A stretch of 53,082 nucleotides of DNA from NCBI GenBank assembly GCA_029933275.1, contig JAOZOM010000001.1, positions 1-53,082 of the forward strand. Reading direction: 5' to 3'. This document shows positions 18,398 to 25,899 of the stretch, in pieces. The stretch's first letter is position 1; every line of letters starts with the position of its first letter. Under the pieces are notes generated by a model. It worked only from the letters and a program-made list of their open reading frames with translations. It was not told the origin of the DNA and made no database searches. Origin of the DNA: Anaerolineales bacterium (GTDB lineage: Bacteria; Chloroflexota; Anaerolineae; Anaerolineales; Villigracilaceae). The translations under genes and the position numbers were made by a program.

Positions 18398-20065
18398 ATG
18401 CTAAAAATCTTAAAAAAGATATTATTTCCACCGGTTTTTGAAGACCAAGAGCGCACCAAGATTGCACAATTTATAAATGCAATTGTCTATGTAAGCATTC
18501 TTCTATTAGGATTGATCATCCTATCTGTAGGCAATCTTCAATCAACAACAAGCCTAGTGCTTGGCTCGCTTATTTTCGTAATGATTGGCATTCAAATCTT
18601 TATGCGTACCGGGCGAGTTCGCTTATCTGCCATATTATTAATCGGACTAACATGGTTCGCAATGAGCTATATGGCTTGGGAAGCAGACGGCATCCGCAAC
18701 GCCTCGCTTATTGCTTATCTCATTTTAATCTTCTTGACGAGCTTATTAGGCAGTCTCCGCCTATTTATCTCATTTACCGCCCTGACCATTATCTCACTTT
18801 GGGTCCTAGTTTACGCCGAACTAAAGGGGATAATAGCCCCCACCCTTGATACCCCTACTCACCTAGCACGCGATTTCTCCGCCATTTTTATCCTCATTGC
18901 AGTCCTTGTCTACCTCACACTTACCAATCTTAACAAAGCCTTATCCGCTTCAAAAGAAAACGAAAATAAGCTCTTACTACACAATCAAGAACTCACGCAA
19001 TTTCAAGATGGATTAGAAAAACTCGTGAACGAACGCACATCTGAACTGGAAGAAAATTCGAAAAAATTGCAAACACGAGCAATGCAACTTCAAGCAATAT
19101 CAGAAGTATCACAAACTATAGCGTTAGTACAAAATCAAGATCTTCTTTTACCTGAAATCACAAATTTAATTAGCGAACGCTTTGATTTTTACCATACCGG
19201 CATTTTTTTAATCAGCAAAGATGAAAAGTTCGCCACGCTCCACGCAAGCAATAGCCCTGGCGGCAAGGAAATGTTAGCGCATGGACATCAATTAGAAATA
19301 GGCAAAAAAGGCATTGTTGGGCGTGTCGCTCAAGATGGAAAAACCCGCATCGCTCTTGACGTTGGCGAGGATGCCACTTATTTCGATAACCCCGATCTCC
19401 CCGAAACCCGCTCAGAGATGGCACTTCCGCTAAAGGTGAAAAATAAAATCATCGGAGTACTAGATGTGCAAAGTAAACGAAAAAATGTCTTCTCTCAAGA
19501 AGATATCGAAATTTTTGAAGCCCTTGCAAATCAGGTTGCTATCGCTATAGAAAACACACGTCTGGCAGAAGAAACACAAAAAGCACTCGAAGAAGCTCGT
19601 TCGATTTCTCGTCAATATATCCACCAAGCATGGACTCAACTAGCAGCAACACAGCAACAGAAAGGCTACCGCTACACAGAGAAAAAGCTTCATCCCCTTT
19701 CAAAGGATAGTGAAAACTTCATAGGATCCAAAAGTGACATCATCTCAATCCCCGTGCAATTACGCGAAGAAACAATCGGGGTTCTCGAAGTCACCAGAGC
19801 CGATTCATCACAAACGCTAGATGAAGACACATTAAATCTAATTCAATCTGTAGTCAATCGTTTTGCCCTAGCCCTAGAAAACGCCCGTCTTCTCGAAGAA
19901 ACCTCCCGCCGTGCAGGACGCGAACGTCTCGTTTCGGACATCACCACAAAGATTCGTAGCACGAACAATCCTCAAGAGATGATACAAACAGCTTTGGACG
20001 AACTCAAGCAAGCTTTGGGTGCAAGTAAAATTGAATTGGCAACCACAATGCCAGAGGTAGATTAA
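18398..20065 (+). CDS. Sensor S8: polytopic membrane domain (PPxFE motif type) - S-helix - GAF - truncated-GAF tail; no transmitter
   Basis: AAGGAAAG RBS upstream. The N-terminus ILFPPVFEDQERTKIAQFINAIVYV parallels S6. S-helix VNERTSELE and GAF FDFYHTGIFLISKDEKF...YFDNPDLPETRSEMALPL...IGVLDVQS are present. The tail reads ENARLLEETSRRAGRERLVSDITTKIRS... Confidence 0.85.
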   Translation: MLKILKKILFPPVFEDQERTKIAQFINAIVYVSILLLGLIILSVGNLQSTTSLVLGSLIFVMIGIQIFMRTGRVRLSAILLIGLTWFAMSYMAWEADGIRNASLIAYLILIFLTSLLGSLRLFISFTALTIISLWVLVYAELKGIIAPTLDTPTHLARDFSAIFILIAVLVYLTLTNLNKALSASKENENKLLLHNQELTQFQDGLEKLVNERTSELEENSKKLQTRAMQLQAISEVSQTIALVQNQDLLLPEITNLISERFDFYHTGIFLISKDEKFATLHASNSPGGKEMLAHGHQLEIGKKGIVGRVAQDGKTRIALDVGEDATYFDNPDLPETRSEMALPLKVKNKIIGVLDVQSKRKNVFSQEDIEIFEALANQVAIAIENTRLAEETQKALEEARSISRQYIHQAWTQLAATQQQKGYRYTEKKLHPLSKDSENFIGSKSDIISIPVQLREETIGVLEVTRADSSQTLDEDTLNLIQSVVNRFALALENARLLEETSRRAGRERLVSDITTKIRSTNNPQEMIQTALDELKQALGASKIELATTMPEVD

Positions 20066-20137
20066 CTAAAAAATGTCAAAGAGAATTAACCGTAAATATA
20101 TGGCAACCCAGACCAAGGTCAGAGAGCGAGGCGAATT

Positions 20138-20926
20138 ATGGCTTATGTAATCGCAATTTCAAATGAAAAAGGCGGTGTCGCAAAAACAACGACCGCTTTA
20201 TCCCTCGGTGCAACCTTAGCCGAAAAAGGATACCAAGTCTTATTAATTGATTTGGACGCACAAGCAAATCTAACGCTGGCTCTAGGGTTTGAACCCGGCG
20301 GGGCAACTTTGACCTCGAGTGATATTTTGCTCGAGAATGTCCCGCTCGAAAATGTTTGGCAAAAAAGCGAGATCGAGCGTTTGGAAATTGTTCCCTCAAG
20401 CAAAAAAATGGAACGCGCTGAACAACTTTTACCCATTCACCTTAACTATGCTACTCGCCTTGCCGATGCTATTTTCGCCTCGCACCCCATGAAATACGAT
20501 TTCGTGGTTATTGATTGCCCTCCGGCTCTTGGTGCCGTTACATTGAATGCCTTAAACGCGGCAAATCTTCTCATTATTCCCACACAGGCAGAGTATTTTT
20601 CAGCCTATGCGCTACGAAATATGATGACACTTGTCCGAAAAGTACGCAGTAGCAACAACCCCCCATTAGCCTACCGCATTTTGATTACGATGCTAGATCG
20701 CCGCAATCGCTCTCACCGTACCATCCAAACCCAACTAGAAAGCACTTTCGGTGATGGGCTTTTCAAAAGCGTTGTAGAAATTGATACTAAGTTACGAGAA
20801 AGCCCCATACTTGGCTTACCTATCACCGCATATAAATCGAATACGCGTGGTGCTGAACAATATCGCGTTTTGGCTCAGGAGTTAATTGAATATGTCAAAG
20901 AAACAGATCAACAACCGTCTCAATAA
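20138..20926 (+). CDS. Orphan ParA/MinD/Soj-family P-loop ATPase
   Basis: Deviant Walker A SNEKGGVAKTTT with signature Lys, LIDLDAQANLT, and Walker B-like FVVIDCPP. 262 aa. No parB-like gene is nearby. Confidence 0.85.
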   Translation: MAYVIAISNEKGGVAKTTTALSLGATLAEKGYQVLLIDLDAQANLTLALGFEPGGATLTSSDILLENVPLENVWQKSEIERLEIVPSSKKMERAEQLLPIHLNYATRLADAIFASHPMKYDFVVIDCPPALGAVTLNALNAANLLIIPTQAEYFSAYALRNMMTLVRKVRSSNNPPLAYRILITMLDRRNRSHRTIQTQLESTFGDGLFKSVVEIDTKLRESPILGLPITAYKSNTRGAEQYRVLAQELIEYVKETDQQPSQ

Positions 20927-23900
20927 ACTCTTTGACGATATCAAAGAGGAAGAGAAGGCGACCAAGCGACCACAGCGCAAACCCAAACTCGGTGGCACAC
21001 GAAAATTACCGCAATTAGACCTAACGCTATCTTCTGAACAGCATCGAAAAACTGAAGTTGAGACTCTCGATATTCAGGTGGATGTAACCGATTCATACGC
21101 GACGATGAGCCTGCCTCTGCGTGTGGACGCAGAATCTTGGGCAACACTCCAAATTCTGGACGAAACCGCTGGTAGACAGTGGAGTACAGAAGAGCAGATG
21201 CTCGTGCGCCAAGTAACAGAACAATTGGAGCTTGCTCTTGAAAACGCGCACCTATTTCAAGAAACACAGGAGCAAAGTGAAGAACAGGCTCTTATCAATG
21301 AAATCGTCACAACAATTGCAGGCTCAGTTGATACAGAAGAAAATCTACAGTTCATAGCCCAGCATATTCAAATAATTGCCGGTTCATATGGCGCAAGCGC
21401 GACCATGCCGAACTACCAAAGTATGACCGCCACCATCACCAGCTACCGTTTTACGGACAAGAAGGTAAATATCTCTCGTGATAGCCTCCTGCTCAAATCG
21501 CTTGGAATTACCACCGTAATTCAAGAAAGCGGCGGGGCTGTTGTTGTAAAAGACATCGCTAATAACCCGATGGCTGCCGCAATCAAAGATAGCTTTCTTG
21601 CCCGTAAAATTCAAAGTGCGGTTATTTTCCCCTTGATGGCTGGAGATAATTTGCTGGGGCTAATGAGTGCTGATTTTAAAGAGAAAGAGCCTCTTATCTC
21701 AGATAAGAAAATCAAACTGATTAGCACAATCCTGTTGCAGGCAAGTACTTCTATTGAAAGAGCAAACCTTTATCAAGAATCCCAACAGCGCACAGAAGAA
21801 TTAGCTTTGATCAACAAAATTGTTACCGAAGTTTCCAGTTCTTTGGATATGCAAAGGAATTTACAATTAATTGCAAAGGAAATTTTTGCCATAAGCTCTG
21901 CCCTTCAAGTTAGCGTTACCCTCCTCGATGAGGAGAAAGAAAATCTCGTATTGGTTGCAGACTGCCCTGAATCTTTGGAAGACCGAGGCTTGAAAATCCC
22001 CCTTGCAAGTAACCCTGCCGGTAGAGAAGTGATGGAAACACAGAAACCATTGCTTATTGAAAATATCCAAACCAATCCCGCTACTGTCGGGATTAGAGAT
22101 GTTATGAAGGCACGCGGTGCCGATAGTTTAATCATCTTCCCCATGTTTGCCGGAAATAAAACGATAGGTACATTTGGCGTAGATTTTGAAGCTTCTACAA
22201 TAACCTTACCTCAGGATAAAATCGACTTAATTCAAACCATTCTTCTTCAAGCCAGCACGTCGATTGAAACAGCTCGTTTCTTCAAAGAGACTCAATTAAG
22301 CGAGGCTCGCGCTCGCGTCATCGTGCAGAATGCGCCGGAATCCATCGTGATGATTGATATGGAAACAGGTTTGTTTACAGAGCCAAATGATAACGCATTG
22401 CGCTTATATGGTCTCAGCAAAGAAGAATTGCTAAAAGCCGGTCCCGCTGATCTCAGCCCTCCCACGCAACCAAATGGCCGTCCATCGGCAGAAATGGCTG
22501 CCGAAAAAATGCAAGAAGCTCTGGAAGGTGATGCGCCCGTCTTCGAATGGACTCACCTTCACGCAAAAGGCAATGAAATTTTCTGTGAGGTCCGCTTGGT
22601 ACGCCTCCCCGATGCCTCTCGAACTCTCATTCGCGCGAGTATCGTTGATATTGCTGAGCGTAAATATAACGAACTTTTGCAAATAGCAGTATCCAATATT
22701 TCTAACGCCGCGTTGAGTGCACTCGATCTACAAGAGTTGATTCGCGAAATCCATCAAATTATTGAGACTTTGATGCCCGCAGATAATTTTTATCTTGCGC
22801 TATACGATGAAGTACGCGACTTGCTCACCTTCCCTTACTATGTTGATGAATTTGATACGGCATGGGAACCACAAAAACCAGGTAGAGGTTTAACCGGCTA
22901 CGTTCTACAAACAGGGAAACCGCTCCTCGCAACCCAAAATGTGATTAACACTCTTGAAAGAAGCGGCGAAGTTGAGTTGATGGGCCCAAAGGGAAACGAT
23001 TGGATTGGCGTTCCCTTAAAGAGTGGTGAAAAATCTATCGGCGTGATGGTTGTACAAACTTATGATGAAAATATTAGTCTTACAGAACAACATCGCGATA
23101 CTCTCGCTTTTGTAGGCAGACAGGTCGCCTCCGCACTGGAGAGCAAGCAATCGGAATTAGAACTTCGCGCACTTTTCTCTGCAATGGATGATGTGATTTT
23201 TATCGTAGATAAAGATACCCGCTACCTCCGCATTGCCCCAACTAACCCCGCTGGTCTCTACCGCCCTCCCGATGAATTACTGGGAAAACGGATGGACGAG
23301 ATTCTCCCCAAAGAAATCAGTGGATACTTCCACGATGCTATTAATCGGGCTCTAGAAGGAAAAGAAACAGTTAATATCGAATATTCACTTGAAATTGACG
23401 GAAAAAATGTCTGGTTTTATGCCAGTCTTTCAAAACTAGCGGAAAACCAAGTTTATTGGATAGCCAGAAACATTACTGAACGGAAACAAGCCGAACGCCA
23501 AGTAGAGAGGCTTAGCAATGCTGTTGAGCAGTCCCTAGATGGGATGGCAATCGCGAGTATGGATGGTAAGATCGAGTTCGTTAATCCAGCCTGGGCTAAA
23601 ATGCACGGCTACGATAATCCAACAGATCTCATCGGAAAACCACTTGCTCTTTTCCATACAGAAAATCAACTTGAAAAGGAAGTGAACACCTTCAACGAGA
23701 TAGTAAGAACTGAGGGCTCCAATCAAGGAGAAGTGGGACACAAACGCAAAGATGGCTCAATTTTCCCCACATGGATGACCGTTGGTATTCTAAAATCGGT
23801 AGACGATACCCCTCTGGCACTTGTTGCCTCGGCACAAGATATTACAGACCGCAAAAAATCTGAACTGGCTCTACGCCGCCAAAATGAATATATGGCAGCA

Positions 23901-25895
23901 GCAGCCGAAGTAGGACGTTTAGTGACCTCAACGTTGGATACCGGTATTCTCTTTAGACGTGCGGTAAACCTGCTTCGTGAACATTTTGGGTATTACCATG
24001 CTGCCATTTTCACAACAGAAGAAGCGGGCTTTAATGTTGTTCTCCGCGAAGCGACTGGTGAAGCCGGAGAGGAAATGAAGAAGAATGAACATTTCCTTGA
24101 AATTGGTTCAAAATCAGTTGTGGGGACAGCTACGGAAACAGGTGAACCTTATATCGTCAATGATGTTTCCAAAAACCCCAACCACCACGTTAATCCATTA
24201 CTCCCTGAGACCAAAGCAGAAGCAGCCATCCCACTAAAAATTGGACGTAGGATTATCGGCGCTTTGGATTTGCAAGCAACCGAAGTAGATGCCTTCACAC
24301 CGGAAGATGTTGCCGTTTTACAATTGCTCACCGATCAATTTGCGACCGCGATTGATAACGCTCGTTCTTATCAATTAGCCCAAGACGCCTTCTTGGAAAT
24401 GCGCGAACTCGAAAAACTCAAGAGCCAATTCTTGGCAAATATGAGCCATGAGCTACGCACCCCGCTCAACTCTATTATCGGTTTCTCACGCGTAATCCTA
24501 AAAGGAATTGACGGACCGGTAACTGATTTACAGCAACAAGACTTAACCGCTATCTACAACTCCGGTCAACACCTACTCGGTCTAATCAACGATATTCTCG
24601 ATCTTTCTAAGATTGAAGCGGGTAAGATGGAGCTAACATTCGATGAAGTGGATATAGAGAAACTGATTAAGAGTGTTATGTCTACCGTAATGGGTTTAGT
24701 CAAAGACAAACCGGTGCGTTTAGAGGAAGAAATCGAAGCCGAATTGCCACCGGTCAAAGCCGACCCTATGCGTGTCCGTCAAATTCTCATCAATCTCTTT
24801 TCCAATGCAGCCAAATTTACTGACGAAGGCACCATCAAAGTCACCGCCAAGACCGAAGAGAATCACCTTCGCATTAGCGTTAAAGATAGCGGTCCCGGCA
24901 TCTCAGAAGAAGACCAAGAGAAACTCTTTCAGGCATTCTCGCAAGTGGATGCTTCTGCAACTCGCGCAACCGGCGGCTCTGGTCTTGGGCTTTCCATCTC
25001 CAAAGAATTGGTTAATATGCACGGCGGCGAAATCGGACTCCATAGTGAAGTTGGCAAAGGGAGCGAATTTTACTTCACGCTCCTCTTCTACAATACGCCT
25101 GAAACCAATCCAGAAGAAGAGAACCAAGATGATACAGCCATCATTCTCGCCATTGACGATGACGAAAAAGTCATCAGTCTTTATCAACGCTACCTAAATA
25201 CGCAAGGCTACCAAGTCGTTGCGCTCACAGACCCAAAGAAAGCAGTGGAACGCGCCAAAGAACTCAAACCCTACGCCATTACGCTGGATATTATGATGCC
25301 CGGCTATAACGGCTGGCAGGTTTTAGAAGACCTTAAATCAGATCCCGAAACGCAACATTATCCAACCATCATTTGTAGCATTGTCGAAGACACAAAGAAG
25401 GGTTATTCCCTTGGGGCTACGGATTATCTCCTCAAACCGATTTTGGATGATGACATAATCGGCGCACTAAATCGGATTAACAATAATGGAACTATTTATG
25501 ATATTCTCCTCATTGATGATGATCCGGACGATTTGCGACTTCTCGAAAAATTACTTAACGCGAGCCAAACCTACAAAGCGATTCTCGCGGATAGTGGACC
25601 TGCTGGCTGGGATACGATCATCAGCCACCCCCCCCAAGCAGTTGTCCTTGATCTCTTCATGCCAGAAATGGACGGATTTGAAATCATGGAGGCGATGCAA
25701 TCCTCGCCCGACCTACGCGATATCCCCGTCATCGTCATTAGCGGCGGAGATTTAACCGCCACCCAACAAGAAAAACTTGATTCGCTCAATCTCCACCTCC
25801 TCCAAAAAGGAACGCTTAACTCAGAAGACCTCTTAGCAACGCTTGAGCGCAGTTTAAATCATCTTAAAAAATCTAAACAAAAAGAGAAAGAATAA
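20892..25895 (+). CDS. Giant hybrid sensor histidine kinase: basic tail - truncated-GAF module - 2 tandem GAF - PAS - GAF - 2 PAS - GAF (sensor subtype) - HisKA - HATPase - 2 receivers
   Basis: ATG at 20892; the ORF-track start at 20886 is a TTG. It overlaps the parA-like gene by 35 nt. H-box FLANMSHELRTPLNSIIGF, N/G boxes NLFSNAAKFT, DSGPGI and GGSGLGLSISK. Receiver 1 is ILAIDDDE...ITLDIMMPGYNG...LLKP. Receiver 2 is ILLIDDDP...VVLDLFMPEMDG...VISGG. The GAF before HisKA (FGYYHAAIF...LPETKAEAAIPL...IGALDLQA) matches the S1-S8 subtype. Confidence 0.9.
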   Translation: MSKKQINNRLNKLFDDIKEEEKATKRPQRKPKLGGTRKLPQLDLTLSSEQHRKTEVETLDIQVDVTDSYATMSLPLRVDAESWATLQILDETAGRQWSTEEQMLVRQVTEQLELALENAHLFQETQEQSEEQALINEIVTTIAGSVDTEENLQFIAQHIQIIAGSYGASATMPNYQSMTATITSYRFTDKKVNISRDSLLLKSLGITTVIQESGGAVVVKDIANNPMAAAIKDSFLARKIQSAVIFPLMAGDNLLGLMSADFKEKEPLISDKKIKLISTILLQASTSIERANLYQESQQRTEELALINKIVTEVSSSLDMQRNLQLIAKEIFAISSALQVSVTLLDEEKENLVLVADCPESLEDRGLKIPLASNPAGREVMETQKPLLIENIQTNPATVGIRDVMKARGADSLIIFPMFAGNKTIGTFGVDFEASTITLPQDKIDLIQTILLQASTSIETARFFKETQLSEARARVIVQNAPESIVMIDMETGLFTEPNDNALRLYGLSKEELLKAGPADLSPPTQPNGRPSAEMAAEKMQEALEGDAPVFEWTHLHAKGNEIFCEVRLVRLPDASRTLIRASIVDIAERKYNELLQIAVSNISNAALSALDLQELIREIHQIIETLMPADNFYLALYDEVRDLLTFPYYVDEFDTAWEPQKPGRGLTGYVLQTGKPLLATQNVINTLERSGEVELMGPKGNDWIGVPLKSGEKSIGVMVVQTYDENISLTEQHRDTLAFVGRQVASALESKQSELELRALFSAMDDVIFIVDKDTRYLRIAPTNPAGLYRPPDELLGKRMDEILPKEISGYFHDAINRALEGKETVNIEYSLEIDGKNVWFYASLSKLAENQVYWIARNITERKQAERQVERLSNAVEQSLDGMAIASMDGKIEFVNPAWAKMHGYDNPTDLIGKPLALFHTENQLEKEVNTFNEIVRTEGSNQGEVGHKRKDGSIFPTWMTVGILKSVDDTPLALVASAQDITDRKKSELALRRQNEYMAAAAEVGRLVTSTLDTGILFRRAVNLLREHFGYYHAAIFTTEEAGFNVVLREATGEAGEEMKKNEHFLEIGSKSVVGTATETGEPYIVNDVSKNPNHHVNPLLPETKAEAAIPLKIGRRIIGALDLQATEVDAFTPEDVAVLQLLTDQFATAIDNARSYQLAQDAFLEMRELEKLKSQFLANMSHELRTPLNSIIGFSRVILKGIDGPVTDLQQQDLTAIYNSGQHLLGLINDILDLSKIEAGKMELTFDEVDIEKLIKSVMSTVMGLVKDKPVRLEEEIEAELPPVKADPMRVRQILINLFSNAAKFTDEGTIKVTAKTEENHLRISVKDSGPGISEEDQEKLFQAFSQVDASATRATGGSGLGLSISKELVNMHGGEIGLHSEVGKGSEFYFTLLFYNTPETNPEEENQDDTAIILAIDDDEKVISLYQRYLNTQGYQVVALTDPKKAVERAKELKPYAITLDIMMPGYNGWQVLEDLKSDPETQHYPTIICSIVEDTKKGYSLGATDYLLKPILDDDIIGALNRINNNGTIYDILLIDDDPDDLRLLEKLLNASQTYKAILADSGPAGWDTIISHPPQAVVLDLFMPEMDGFEIMEAMQSSPDLRDIPVIVISGGDLTATQQEKLDSLNLHLLQKGTLNSEDLLATLERSLNHLKKSKQKEKE

Positions 25896-25899
25896 AATA

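Noticed and set aside
1204-20065. Interpretation of S1-S8 as methyl-accepting chemotaxis proteins, or as bilin-binding phytochrome/cyanobacteriochrome photoreceptors.
   Set aside because: There is no MCP signalling hairpin motif and no cheA, cheW, cheB or cheR genes in the window. The GAF units lack a conserved chromophore-binding Cys context or a PHY/PAS-GAF-PHY arrangement that I could recognise.
20138-20926. Interpretation as a chromosome or plasmid parAB partition locus.
   Set aside because: There is no parB-like gene, no parS-like repeats and no replication genes nearby. The gene is embedded in, and overlaps, signalling genes.
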